A DNA stretch of 64,000 nt from Lepidodermella squamata. Taxonomy: Eukaryota; Animalia; Gastrotricha. The position numbers and the translations under genes were made by a program. The stretch covers positions 2,542,001 through 2,606,000 of the forward strand of contig JBLDXI010000017.1 of the NCBI GenBank assembly GCA_047495785.1, written 5' to 3'. A model generated the notes under the pieces. The model worked only from the letters and a program-made list of their open reading frames with translations, ran no database searches and was not told where the DNA came from. Positions 1 to 14,400 of this stretch are shown piece after piece. Every line of letters starts with the position of its first letter. The stretch's first letter is position 1.

Positions 1-620
1 CCGCTGATCTTTGGTCGCGATACGCGCCACTGTGCACTTCCTGCGCCGCGCGCCGGTCTGTGAAATGTGTCCCCGGAGGCGCGAGCGCGCTTGCGTTCCA
101 CGGCCGCGCACGTTGCCCACTGATAATTTACTATTAAAAGTAGTTGAAATCGAACGTAATTACTTATCGAGCGGAACGCCAGGCCGCTTTTGCTCATGTG
201 TTATTCTGCTGCTGCGCTTGCATTTCACACGATTTTGACCGCTTGCAGCTGACAGAAAAAGCGCAAAACTACCAGTATTAAGATGGGTAAGTAGCTGGAT
301 GACTGTATTAGTACGTACTATTACTAGGGCCATCAACCACGGCCGGGGCGCGACTGTAACAGATGCGCGCGCGCGTGAATAAATTACGAGAGCAGCTGCC
401 GAGATTCGAGATTTGCGACTCACATCAGGGCGCATAAAAATGGGCAGATAATTTTCTTCCATTCCCACACTCGACTTTGCGCCCGAACGGCGCCGCCGCC
501 AAAAGACCGTGAATCAACTGAAATTACGCACGGATCACCGCTTTATTTGCTACTCATAAAAGACAAAAATGAAGAAAAAATAGAATCCAGGAGTTTAATC
601 ACTGCATTTCCTGATTTTAG

Positions 621-1173
621 GTTCATCAATGCTCGCCGTCGCATCGTTCAGCCGATGATAGACCAGTCGAACAGGCAGAACCGAGCTCTTGCCAACGCGT
701 ACGCCGCAGCCGCAGCCGCTGCTAACGTGTCGTCCACGATGGGCGGTCCGCCTTCCGTCGTCGGCTCAACCCCCGACCCGATGATGACGGCGGCTGGTTC
801 GGGCCTACTTAGCGCCGGCTACCCGACCGCCTCGAGCCCGTACGGCCAACCTGGCGTCATCTCCAACTCGGCAATGGGCGTCGTTGACCCGTCATCATTC
901 GCCTCCTACAACCCCTACTTCCCAGCCGCCGCGCAGTCTGTCGACCTGTCGGCGGCCTACGCGTACAACTACGCCGCAGCCGCCGCGATGAGTCTCAGCG
1001 CACGGTCCAACAACGTCTCGAACACAGGCCGCATCGGCGCCTGCGGGTCTTCTATGATCATGCCCTCAGCCGGATCGCTCGGCTTCGCGTCTCCCCAGTC
1101 ACTCGGCGCTGGCTCCGTCGGTCCCAACGTCGGCGACCACCTACAACAGCAAGACATCCACGCCGGCGGTTGA
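621..1173 (+). CDS. MEIS: Terminal coding exon of a Meis/homothorax-class TALE homeobox gene (upstream exons lie before the window)
   Basis: After acceptor ttttag (620) it reads (W)FINARRRIVQPMIDQSNR, the end of the Meis homeodomain, then an Ala/Ser/Gly-rich tail to TGA at 1171-1173. Confidence 0.9.
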
Positions 1174-1330
1174 GACTCATCCGCCTTTCCGTGTTCCTTC
1201 ATCATGATTATATTAACCGACAAGTCGAGGAAGATAGGAACACAAAATGCGATCATTTTCTTCACTCTAGTCGTTGTAAAATGTCGTCGGTCGTTGAGAA
1301 CAAAAAAATACTACGCTTTTACTGTGTCTT

Positions 1331-1353
1331 TTCTTCTTCTTCTTCTTCTTCTT
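1331..1353. repeat. (TTC)n microsatellite in the Meis 3' UTR
   Basis: About 7 tandem TTC units visible directly. Confidence 0.9.
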
Positions 1354-2419
1354 CGCGATTGTGAATATTTTGCACCAATTACGCGCGCCTAATGAAATTG
1401 AGACACAACTTTGAAATTGATTCTACCCTACGAAGCATTGTTGATGTAGATTGAACCGAGCGAAAAGCCTGTTACCTCGCGCTCACGGTTGTTCGTCATG
1501 ATGACTCGCTCTATATAATTTTCTACCTTGGAAAATCACTTTGTAAATATCGCCGTTACATCATAGTAGGCATAGCGTTGATGAAAAGAGAGCTTTTTCT
1601 GCAGAAAATCGTACATGACAGTACAAAACGATGAGTTTTTGTTGTAAATAGCCGCAACGGTATCTTTTTACCTTTTACAGCCAAATTAACATGCCAAACA
1701 TTTCAAGCACGTTGTGTGCCCCTTTCCTGATGTTGTTCGGTCGCATAATATCTTTTCTTTTTATGAAAAACCTCGCGATACTGTTAAGTTTATTCACTTA
1801 TTATATCGAATAATAATAGCCACCAATGCATGCTGGGATGAATTATTATATACTATGTAAAGATTTCAGGTTTAAGAAGATGATTAGATGTTCGATCTTT
1901 CATTTTCTTTGTTTTTCCATTTTCATTTCAATCACGCGTTCTTGAATGCGCGCGATCGGTTTCAGAAATTATATAAGCGATGAACCAAAATCCTATTGTT
2001 ACGAAAACGCGCTTGATTGCTCTTTTGGACTTGTCATTTACAAAAAAATCGTTTTCACTTTTTTACGGCAAATATTTGAGCCAGGCAACTATCGTTGTAA
2101 ATTTGTAGTTGAATATCAAATTTATTTCTACGTTCACTGAAATGATTGAAAAAAATGAACCAAAGAAAGAATAGCAGCAGTTCCAAAAAATGATGGTCGC
2201 CAAACAACATTTAGCAATTTATATAACTTTTGTACTTCAACAAGATACCTTTGACGGCGCTATTACACGAATATCATTACTATGATAATTATTAATGATT
2301 ATATATCATTTAACCAAAATATTAATTGCGTCGACGACGATATGAAAATTTGATGAACGAAGCCATGTTGATGAATAAAATGAGTATTTTTCGGGAAAAT
2401 TACGATTTCTTTTTATTGA

Positions 2420-3950
2420 TCAACTCCGATGTGAACAAATAACTTCGAAATTGGGCGGAGAGTGAACGAGGCCAAGACGACCACCGCGAATATCAACAGG
2501 TTCTTTCAAAACGAACCGGAATCTGTGAAGCATAGCAGTGATGAAAATGAAGTATTCAACGCGGGCCAAAGCCTCTCCTAAACAAATTCTCGGGCCAATA
2601 CCAAATGGCATGAATTGCGACGAGTGTGTTAGCAATTTACCATCAGCATCAAGCCATCTGTCGGGATCGAATTCCTCCGGATCTTTCCAGTACTTTTCGT
2701 CGTAGTTTAGTGTTGCAAGGCTGCATGCAACGAGAGAAAAAGGAGGGCAGTCGTAGCCTCCGATTTTACAAGGTGTTTCTAAATTTGTATGGGCCAGTGC
2801 GCTTGGTACCAAACTGGAATGGCGGAGGACTTCGCACATAACAGCGTCGATGAAAACCAGCTTCGGCCGATCAGCTAAGGTTGGCAAACGATCTGTATCA
2901 ATGACTTGATCAATGGCTTCGTGGCATCGAGCTTGCAATTCAGGCCAAGTTGCTAGGTACAACAGCGTCCAACTTAATGCTGTCGCCGTGGTCTCAGTTC
3001 CCGCTACAAATAGATCAGTCATCGTGTAACCAAAGCTGTCCAAGTCCATGGCATCATTTTCTAGCTCTGACTTGATGTAAATATCGGGAAAATCACGAAT
3101 CATATCTGGGTTAAAATCGCGCCGATGCTCTTCTATAGCTGTGCGCAACAGGTTGATGGTGTAATCCTGAATTTTAATAAAGTCTCGACATTGAGGCGCA
3201 TCGGCGAAAAAACGCCAAAATGGAAGAATAAAGAAAAGACACTTTTCTTTAGCTGATCTCGTCGCAGTAGTTTCTATTAAACTAAGAAGTTCCAGCACTT
3301 TCGTGTCTTCGTACTGGAATCTGAAGAGAATATATTTCTGAATAGGCTAGATATTGGTATTCCTATCAACAATACCTTTTGCCAAATACCAAGGAGCAAA
3401 TGACATTAGAAACGTTGAGGCTAAGGAGCTTTTTAGGATTGAAAGGTTGCCCCACGCGAGCTTCAAGCTCCGGTATGAAATGGCGAACCTCTTCTTGAAT
3501 GTTGAGAACCATCTGCTCTTTACCCATGCCGAAATCTCGCATAGCCTTCATACCGAAACGGCGTCGCGATCGCCATTCATCATGGTTGGCTGACAAGATT
3601 CCAGGCCGCACGCGCTCATAACCTGCCAGGTGCTTATCAATGCGCCAACTGAAGTTTTTCGCCTGGGTTACCAACGTTTCCTGAATCAAAGCACTGTCCG
3701 AGAGAACGAAGACACGATACTGGCCTAAATAAATCGTGAAAACTGGTCCATATTTCTTTGCTAATTTGGGATTCAGCTTGAATCTTTCCCTTGTACTTGG
3801 GGCTTTCAAGGACATCAATATGTTGCCAAAAATCGGCAACGGAGTTGGCCCAGGTGGTAGGCGGTAAAATAACCGGTCATAAACGATTGTGGCAGAACCA
3901 TAGATTATGAAGAAGATTAAAAGGATTCCAATGAGATAAATTATTATCAT
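2420..3950 (-). CDS. Cytochrome P450, CYP2 clan (~491 aa, 2 coding exons)
   Basis: Exons 3950-3376 and 3320-2420 (55-nt intron). N-terminal TM plus PPGPTPLP hinge, I-helix AGTETT, EVLR, PDRW and heme motif FGIGPRICLG. Probable 5' UTR intron ~4024-3960. Confidence 0.95.
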
Positions 3951-5170
3951 TTTATGTCCCTAGTAATTACTTGCACATTGAAATTTCGATGATATAAAAA
4001 AATTCAAAAATAAACAGACTCACTCAGTACTTGCATGCAAGCTGGTGTTGTGAAGAATTATGTGAATCGCGGTTTACTATTATTTTCTGGCTGTTGGGTA
4101 ATACAGGTCAAATAACGAAGAACACGTTTCGAGGTTTCATGAAAGGAATAGGTGGGTGACTCATTCTTACGTGTGTGAACGCCGGCTATGTATCTTTTGC
4201 GAGCCATCTGTTTTTTCGGGTATGATTCAACCACGGAAACGATGTGGAAATGCTTCGCGATAACATGTTTGTCAGTGAAACTTCTGAGATAAGAAAAAGA
4301 TAATGATATGCCGATGACATTCCATTGCTCCATCTCAGTTTAGGATTATGTTAGTTTGCAAGAAATCCGCTATTAGCAGCGAATAGTAAGGATGCACAAG
4401 CAACTAAATTCATGTTTGTATTAACTTAAAGTAATGATTTAACGGAACAATTTATTTGATGTATCGTCATGCCTCAAAACGCATTCAAATGCGATATCTG
4501 TCATCAATTCATTTTCCTTAGTTGGGCATCCAGCATCTTTAGGGCAACATTTTTTCTAGGTGCTGATAGATTCGGAAGTCAATTTGCTCCGGTTTCCAAT
4601 CAATGCGACGAAAAATCGCATACGTTTAGTAGTTAGCAGTTTGGTAATAGTGTATAAGAACGATTTTGCGTCAGTCCTTGTCAAATTAACTTGATGCCGA
4701 GGAAAGGATTCGCGCCACAATCGGAATTTGATGAAAATAGCTTCCTGGTGTTCATGAGACTTGGCTTTTGTTTGCTGTCGTCGGCAAGACTTTAGCATTA
4801 ACAGCTATATTACAGGATCAAGGAAAGCCATTCTATGATTGCAAATCCCAGATAGGGAAATAATCAGGACCTAACCGTCGCGTTGCGTGACAGAACGCGT
4901 AAAGCAATCGGTTCTCCTGAGTTTTCCGCCCATTAGAAAAAAAGCCCGCACACTTCTACGCCTTGAAGGTTGTCAGATTCTCCTGATTGAAATTGAAGCT
5001 GTATCAGGTCAGCCGTCAGCCAGATTCTGAAGACCTCATCTCCGAAATCTAAAACCTGAAAATCTGAAAACTTAAAATCTGCAGCAAATAAAATATTCTA
5101 ATTTATATAAATACATAACGTTAATTTTATTTTTGTTTAGTTATTAGCGAATATGACGAAACTAAATTTG

Positions 5171-5183
5171 GTTGCTAAGCAAC
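5171..5183. promoter_or_regulatory. RFX X-box upstream of the dynein heavy chain gene
   Basis: GTTGCTAAGCAAC near-palindrome ~230 nt before the dynein ATG (5411); X-boxes typify ciliary gene promoters. Confidence 0.7.
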
Positions 5184-5410
5184 GTTATACCGCCCCTCGT
5201 TCGAAAATCCGGGCTGGCCTTCCGTTTTAGGCAGAGGTCAGCTGTTTTCCCAGTTCTAGCTGTCCTGCTCCCTTCTTGATAACTTTATCCAGGACTGTAT
5301 GTGACTTTGTTATTTTGGGTTTTGGCCTATGAAAATCTATTCTCCATTGATGCATACATATTTTGATGAGGATGGACTGATCTTTGAGAATTAATTACTT
5401 AGCCTGGATC

Positions 5411-8400
5411 ATGGATAATCGTGATCCTAATCAGATAATCATGAAACCAACTTCAGCTCTGTTCCCTGTAAACTTCCCGCCTGGCATCATTTCTATGAAC
5501 TATTGTCAATTTCATTCAAGCACTTGTTCGTACATGATTTCAATCGCCATGTAATTATTATAGTTTATAGGATCATAGGATGGATAGGAACAACATTCAG
5601 CAACAAGCTTTGAAGGATCGCCTTTACAAGACTTCCAATGAAAGCCAAGTAGTTTCGGTGATTGCAGCTCCCCCTTCGCTCAAGACGTTTTTCTCACGAC
5701 AAGAGGTGCTGGAAAAGCGCAAGCTTAAGGCTAAGTGAGATCACGCTTTGTGATTATTTGCCGAGCAATTTTACAAACTATTAATTAGATCTGAGCCAGA
5801 CAATGTGCCTAGCCTGATACCTCGACGTCCAACGTCAGGCACGTCATGTTTGTCTTTTGAACCTGTGGCGAGGTGTGTTCAGAACTATTTTACAGATGAG
5901 CCTGAAATCAAGAAAGCTATCATCATGGAATCGTACCCCCAACCACCACCGGATGATCCATCAATTGTTAGCTGGATATTTAACAAGCGAAAAGCGCTCG
6001 GTCTGGACTGCACTGTGTTACCTAGTTTACGTCCATCTGATGTCAAGAACTTGTTCCGCTGCGAGAAAGCCGAACCGTCTGATGTTTTCTCCTCGGCTAA
6101 GCCTCCAACTGGAAAACGATTTTCTACGGTAATTCAATGTTTGATTTATAGCACTGAAATCAATTTACAATGATATAATTAGAATATAACCCCATTGAAT
6201 GCTCAAGAACCCATGAAGGTATTCATATCAATATGCCGATATGTGTCGTTAGATGTCAGTTGTCAGTAATATACCCCACATTTTTTGTTAATTACTCACA
6301 CTCAGTCAACTTCAGTTGATAATTTGATTCTAAGAGCTGGCATTGCATGTTTTTATCTTCCAATGTCAATTTTCAGGCGGCCGAGGAATTTGTCTACTGC
6401 TTACCGGTTGACGTCATGGCTTTTTACAATCCATATGATCTGCGAGTTTCTAACCCAGACGAAGCTCGCCAAGCCAGAATCTGCTGGACTGTATCTGCCA
6501 ACGCTATTCTTCGGGTAAATTTCTTAGTTGGTAAACCTGCGTTACTCTTCATTTGTATTTAAAGTATGAGAGGGACGAAAAAGGCTATGAAGACAGTTCT
6601 CGTCAATTGGTCATGGAATGGCTAGCAGAGCGAGAGTTATTCATGAAACTCAGAGATATGCCGTTTGTTAGAAATTGCTGGCTGAGACGCTGCTTTCTAG
6701 GGTGGTCCAGAGAAGTTAAGCGCTCGAAATCATCCAATGCAAGGTTTGCTAGAAAAAATAATGCTTTACCATGCTTTATCTTTTTGTTCTATTTAGAAAT
6801 TTCCTCACACAAGAGCTATATTTTGCGGATGAAGTAATGTTACGCTGCTTTCATCATGCATATGCTTCCTGCGTTAAAGCTGCATCTTCGATGTCGCTAT
6901 GCCACCTCAATCCAGTCAATGCTCCCCCGATCACTCTAACGTTGTTCATGGATATGCAGCATGACAGATTATCTTCCGTTGCAAAAGAAATTCAGGCACT
7001 ACGCACATACATCGTCGATTGCGCATGGCAAGCATGCTTGGTTTGCGTAATTTCCGATGTGTATTGCATTTATAATTGCTGTTTTTTTCAGATTCATGCC
7101 GAGAGAGACGGCATCTTTCTTGTAGGCCGCCTAGAAGACGTTAAAGGACTCTTGTATTCAGACATGGCTGTGTGGCGCCGGAAGCTGTATCGCTACGTCA
7201 AGTACCTTCACCTGCTAGATTACGTACTTCTAGAATTCGGATTCACTCTCGTCATGAATGCAATGCTTTGTTTGAGCAATTATATTACTGAATCTGCTGC
7301 TGCCGGGTTATCGAATGATGAAATGAGAATGACTTTGAATGCCGCAATTTTATCGGTGAAACTTGTCTTGGAACCACCCAGGATGAAGTCCTGTAATATT
7401 TGTTGCTATTATTGTTTGTCATGATTATAAGAGAATGAATTTACAGCTCCCGGTCCGGCCGATCAGATTGTTGAAGAACATGACGAACCCCCTCCCCGAC
7501 CGGATTCTACCGCTGAACCAGGCACATCTGGCTTTGCTTACGAATCAAAGTGAGTAATTTTCCTATCGTGATTTGTCGGAGATAGCTGCCGAGCTGCGAA
7601 ATTCATTCGCGTGTATTTTGGATAAAAACTTACGTTATTTATTAACCCTGCGCGTAAAAATTTCAAAGGAATATTTCAAAAGAAGTGTGAGTTTTATTCA
7701 TTTATTTATGATGTACCAATGTGATTATTAAAGGCGTCTTTATCGATCGTGGCTTCATTTGCTGGCCGCGAGAATATCTTAAGCTTGCTATTCATTCAAT
7801 TTTTATTTACCGCGAAATTGTTTTTGGTTATTGCGCTGAATGGCTGCGTGTGGTTTTAATACTAATTTTCTATTATTTTTATGCAATGCCTTCCGAGTTG
7901 CGGATTTGAGCATTGTTTTGGTCAAATAATCAAAGAACTAAAATATTAATTAGCCGCCACATCTTGAAGCGTGCTCTTGAGCTATAATTGGACGGTTTTG
8001 TATTGATTGAGAATGTATTTTTTCAGCACCGCTGCGTTGTCAGCAAATACTGCCGAAACGTCTGTTCGACTCGAGCCTTCAGTAACCGCAGTTCTTCAAT
8101 CATTCAAACATCTAATCGAAGCCTATGAGGTCATAGCAGTCAGTAAGTCATAGAGTTTGTAACCTGAAAGCTAAAATGATCCTAATTTCGAAAAGTTCTT
8201 TGATGAGACGTGAGAAAAAGGTTTGATGAAAAATGATGAAAAAATCACTCAATTTGTGATGCTAGTCACATGGAAAATATGGGAAATATTTTAATGGGAA
8301 ATATTTTGCTGATTTCAGCCGATGTTCATTCGTTGTTAACTGAGGAGAAACTGTCGCCAATTCACTCTCCTCCTTACGGAGATTTGTTTACAACGAAGAG

Positions 8401-11400
8401 TCACGTGCTGAAGCTGGTGCCTTCGCGAGGACCATCTCGTCTACCGCCTTCGACCGCGGATTCTGGGCGCGGGGGAGGTTGGTCAACAGGAGCATCTTCA
8501 GCCGTCTTCCCAGTGAGTCGCGGTGAGCAGCAGAGACCCGAGAACATTATCGGACAGGCCGTCGCAGTCGTTACTGGCCTAACAGCGCCTGGCTCTTATC
8601 GCAGTGTTACATCGAACAGCGAAGCGCCTGAAATCGACGTTGATATCGATGATGACGCGCAAATTTGGCCAGACTCTACACTTCTTTTCGAGGACAATCC
8701 TGAATACGACAAAATGAAGAAAGACATTATCGGAGCTGCGGAAAACAACATGGAAAAAGCTGATGTAATCGCTAAAGATTACGACACATATTGTAGGATG
8801 GTTGTTCAGGCCTTCCAAATGCAGCCGTTGGTTGAGACAAAAGTCAGCGTTTGGAATACTGACGAATTTCATTTTGTTCTTCGCACGTTCACAAATCATT
8901 TGAATGATATGAAGGAAATGTCGTTGTTTCAACGCAGTGGAATGGTCATGTTAGAGGCGGGCGAGTTTGAAGATTCGTGCATCCCTTACCCGACGTCGAT
9001 CATTGACGTGATTTCCGAGCGTCTTCCTCAAATTGCGAACCGGCGTAACGATGATTTGCTCACAACAATTAAGGATGCGATCAAAATTCTGGAAGCTCCG
9101 CTCAAACACGTCGAGGAATTCGTTGAGCAGTTGTCGTTTCTCAACAAAATTACCAGCGATATCGGAGCGCTTGAGGTTGAATTTACCACGGTCACTAGGT
9201 TGTTCCATATCATTCAGGAGTTCAACATACCGTTGACCCCGGAGCAGACGGCGCTGTTCAAAAATTTACCCCAGTCGTTTTCGCAAATGAAGGCAACGAT
9301 TATTTACTGCGAGGCTAAGAAAGACGAAAATATTCGCCGATTCTCATCAGATCTTGACGATCTGATTGATGATGTAGCTCGTAAGGCTGCCGATCTCAGG
9401 ATCAAATCGCGTGATCCATTCCTAATCGATCCTGAGCAAACGAGTGCGAATGTGATTGGTGAAATTGCGCAACTTCAAGTTTTGTTGCAGCAACTGCAGC
9501 AAAGAATTCGGGCCTACGCTTCGTACGAGGCCAAATTCGGCGCGTCGGCTCATCCTCAAGTCGCGACTGGCCAGGCTAAGTACATCCAGGAATTCGCATC
9601 GAGCAATGAAGGCGCTTCGAGTAGCGGCCGGGCTCAGACAGTTGCAGCAACTCTAACCGAAGTAGAACGAGATTTGGCCCTGCGACGATTGGTTCGCGAA
9701 GCAGCTGAAGAGTGGTCTCTTCTCGTCGATGAATGGCTCGGAATGCCATTGGACAAGATAAACGTCGAATCTATGCAAAAGAACGTCTTCAAATTTAGGC
9801 AAACTGTTAATATGCTGGAGAAAGGTAAAACCTGTTTTCTTAGGCTGGATTCTTCTATAATCACGGTTTTCACAGGTCTTCCGATTAATCAGCTGGTTCC
9901 AAAGCTGAAAGAGGACGTTGATCGATTCGCCGATATGATGCCGATCATTGTTCATTTGAAAAATCCAGCTCTGCGCGTTCGTCATTGGAATATCATCGAA
10001 AGCATTCTGGAAATGACTGGAATGAAAGATCGCAGCTTTTCTTTTGGCGTCCTTGTTAATCAAAAGGTATATTGCTAGATTCAGTTTAGCTTTATGTTTT
10101 TTTTCTTTTCGTTTTGTCAATTTTGTTGTAAAATCCTTGATTGCTTGAATGTTAGACGTCTAATCCGATTGCAAAGGTCTGTGTACATTTCGCATTATGG
10201 TGTGATACATTTCCTGCATGCCCATCCATTCACGAGACTTCTATGAGCTTAAACCGATACATTTTTGAATATCTATTGATCAAGTCTTTTTATTGTCATT
10301 ATCGCGTTACAGAAGCTACAGGTACAGGATTTTTCTAATCTTTTTAGATCTCTTTGCGGTTTTAACGGCAGTAACACTGCACCAACTGCCCTGTTAACAC
10401 ATTTTCCTAAAATTATATTTTTTTTCTTAACACAAAGTCACAAGTTCAACCACACCTAAAACGGCTGAAATCAGGCGTAAAAAATGCTTCTTTAATTTTT
10501 GCTAAATTTTCAACTGACTTCTTCACTAAAATTTCCTACTACTTCTGAGCTTTAACGCGTTGCTGGCTAGATGTAAAATATTGCCCAATGTTTTTCAGAG
10601 TCTGAGTGTTCGAGAGAAAATACAAGAAGTTTCGACGACAGCTACGAACGAAGCAACCCTGGAAGTTATGCTGCAAAAGATTATGGACCTGTGGCAAGGC
10701 ACCAATCTTCGACTCGTGCCTCACTCCGGCCGAAATACCTACATCTTGGTTGGCGCCGATGAAATTTTCGTTCAGCTCGAAGAATCCCAGGTCACTTTGA
10801 GTTCAATTCGAGGCTCTCGATTCGTTGAACCCATTCGAGATAAAGCTGACGAATGGGACCGGAAATTGACAATGTTCTCACGGTCCCTTGAGGAGTGGAT
10901 CAATTGCCAACGCAGCTGGTTGTACCTAGAGCAGATTTTTTCAACACCCGACATTACGAAACAGTTGCCATCTGAGAGTAAATTATTCGGATCAGCCGAT
11001 CGATTGTGGCAAGATCTTATGCACTCAACCCTGGAACGGCCTAATGCATTGAAAGCCGCTACAGCACCCGGAGTCTTGGAATCTCTTCAACAGGCCAATG
11101 ATGCCCTGGAGAAGGTGTATAAATGCCTTGAAGATTACCTCGAGACGAAGCGACTTGTTTTCCCCCGATTTTATTTCCTATCAAACGACGAACTTTTAGA
11201 CATCTTATCGCATTCTAAAAGTGCCGATTGTGTCCAGCCTCATTTGGACAAGTGCTTCGGCAATATTAAATCTCTCGATATTCGCTACCCGATGAAGCAA
11301 CCGCCTAGTGTTAAGAACGCCTTCTCCTCCGAGGGCGAGGCTCTCCCCCTGCCTAAATACGTACGCGTTCGAGGCCCTGTCGAGCAATGGCTCGGTACAG

Positions 11401-14400
11401 TGGAGCAGGGCATGTTTGACTCGGTGAAACGATGCCTGAAACAGTTGCTTCAAGAGTGGTCTCAGGAGAAATACGTCCAGCAAGTCTTGGAAAATTCCGG
11501 CCAAATCGCCATTACGGCCTCAATTATCGAATTTTGCCGCGATGTGACCGCCTGTTTGACGACCGGAGTTTCGCTGAAGCGAGTTGAGGCTAAGATTATC
11601 GAACAGCTCAATGAGCTGGCCACGACAGTTCTTGGCGAGTTGAGCCTGAAGAACCAGCAAAAAGTCGAAGCCCTTCTAACTATCACTGTTCACAGCCGAG
11701 ATACCGTTGAAAGCCTGATTGCAGACGATATAACCCATGTCAATCACTTTGAATGGACTAAGCAGCTGCGTTTCGATTGGAACGATGCTGATAGCAACTG
11801 TTACATCAGCCAGTTCTCGTCGACCTTTGTCTACGGCTATGAGTACCTTGGCTCATCGTCGCGTTTAGTCCTGACCCCACTTACTGACCGTTGCTACCTC
11901 ACATTGACCTCAGCGCTCAGTTTGAACTTGGGCGGCGCCCCAGCCGGACCAGCCGGTACGGGAAAAACCGAAACTGTGAAAGATCTCGCAAAAGCACTCG
12001 GTAAACAATGCATCGTTTTCAATTGCTCGGAGGGTCTTGATTTCAAAATGCTCGGCAAATTTTTTGCCGGTCTCTGCCAGTCTGGTTGTTGGATTTGCTT
12101 CGACGAATTCAACCGTATAGATCTCGAAGTATTGAGTGTAGTCGCCCAGCAAATCTACACAATTAAGGCGGCGAAAGATGGTATCCTACAGCGATTTTTA
12201 TTCGAAGGGAAGGAGATTAAGTTGAACCCGTCCTGCGGGATTTTTGTTACTATGAACCCGACTTACCTCGGGCGTGTCGAACTTCCCGATAATTTGAAGT
12301 CCCTCTTCCGTCCGGTTGCCATGATGATGCCGGACTACCGCCTTATTGCTGAGGTTATGCTGTTCTCTCAGGGTTTCCGAGCCGCTAAAGTGCTATCGTT
12401 GAAAATTGTCAGTCTTTACCAGTTGGCTAGTAATCAATTATCTCAGCAGAATCATTACGATTTCGGAATGAGAGCGATTAAAACTGTGCTGATTATGGCA
12501 GGAAACAAGCGTAGGATGATGCAAAGAACCGGCGGTGATTCTGGCCGAAAATCGCCCGCCGAATTCGAAAATCTCGAATCTTCAGTTTTGATAAACTCAC
12601 TTCGCGACGCTAATATCCCGAAGCTGATCGCAGGTGACGTGCCAGCTTTTGAGAAAATTATTCAGGATTTATTCCCGGATATCGACGTACCACCAACGAA
12701 GAACCCGTTGCTGCAAAAATCGGTTGAAATCGCATTCAACGACATGGGCCTTGAACAATGGCCGACTCAGATCAACAAAGTCTACGAATTTTTCGACCAA
12801 CTCATCGTTCGACATGGTGTTATGCTGGTCGGCGGTAGTTGTTCCGGTAAAACTGTTGTTCGAACCGCGTTACAACGAGCTTTGACCCTTTTACCGAGCC
12901 TGGGTCTGCAGCCCGATGGTTCGGTTCATGTCGTCAATCGATCATTACGCGGAACTATTGACGTCATCGCGTTAAACCCGAAATGCGTCACGGTTGACCA
13001 GTTGTATGGCGCGACTGATCAAAACACCCTGGAGTGGTCTGACGGGCTAGTCGGAGTTGCGGCGCGACGTCTTGCCGCGAAAACAGCTGCTCATATCGCC
13101 GCGAACCAGCCGAAAATGGATGACTCGAAGTCATCAGTGCGTGACGATGTCGAATCGCCGCCGCCTGGTAGCCGGGTCGAAGCCCCCGAGCAACAATCTG
13201 GGGCTCAGCAACAGAACCAGGCCTGGTCTTGGATTGTACTCGACGGCCCGGTCGACACGATTTGGGTCGAAAATTTGAACACGGTCCTTGACGACACGAA
13301 AATGCTTTGTCTAGCCAATGGTGAGCGGATACGATTTGTTGGTGGAATGCGAGTTATTTTTGAGGTGGATTCGCTGGTCAATGCTTCACCGGCTACGGTC
13401 AGTCGTTGCGCTATGGTGTACGTTGACGCGGCCGATTTAGGCTGGAAGCCTTATATCAAATCTTGGCTTCGTAAACTGCCTCTCACGCTTTCAACCAGCA
13501 TTCGCAACCATTTAACACTGTTATTCGAACACTTTCTGCCGAAAGGATTCGAGTTTTTGCGGAAGCATCATGAGCACATGATCATGAAGCTGCCTGATCT
13601 CACGCTGGTTACGACCCTGTGCAACATTCTAGGGGCGTTGATTCTGTTTTTGAATGAAAACCAAGCCTTCAGTAAGTTGACACCGAAAAGTCCTGAGGAG
13701 GGCGGGGACACGCTGGATGATCATAACACAAAAGCAGGCGGTCAACAGCAGGAAGCCCATAAGAACGAAAAAAATGAGAAGGAACCTCGTGGGAAAGGCC
13801 AGCATCAGGGTAAAATCTACTACCCGCAAAAATACCCGCAAAACATCTTGCCATTCCTCAACAAATTATTCCTATTCGGATTTGTTTGGAGCTACGGCGG
13901 TGTTTTAAGGCGCCTTGACGATTCCGGCGATGACAGTGACTACGGCGATGCTATTAATATTGCCGCTGATTTCGACGCTTTCTGCCACGAAATTTTCGAA
14001 GTTGAACCACCGTTCGGTGTCCGCTTCCCGACAAGTATCGGCACTGTCTACTCTTATTTCGTTGACCTCGAAACGGGAAATTTCGTTCGTTGGGACGTTT
14101 TGATTCCCTCGACCCAGTCGCTGATTGAAACTGCCGGCGGGTCGACCTCAATGCGAATGAACGCAATGGGCGGTGGTGGGTCGAATACGGCCAGTGACGA
14201 GCTAATCCCTACCGTCGATACCATCCGTTTCTCGTTTTTATCCGCGTTATTCTTATTGATTCAAAAACAGCCGGTATTGCTGGTTGGTGAGTCGGGTGTT
14301 GGGAAATCAGCGCTTGTCAAAAACGCTCTGTCTCGGCTATGCAAGGAGAACGGGACAAGTTTGAAGGGTCAAGACACAATTCTTGGCGATGTCTTGAACT

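Noticed and set aside
3960-5402. AG acceptors just before the P450 and dynein ATGs as trans-splicing evidence
   Set aside because: Both have good upstream cis donors (GTGAGT ~4024 on -, GTATGT ~5297 on +), so ordinary 5' UTR introns suffice.
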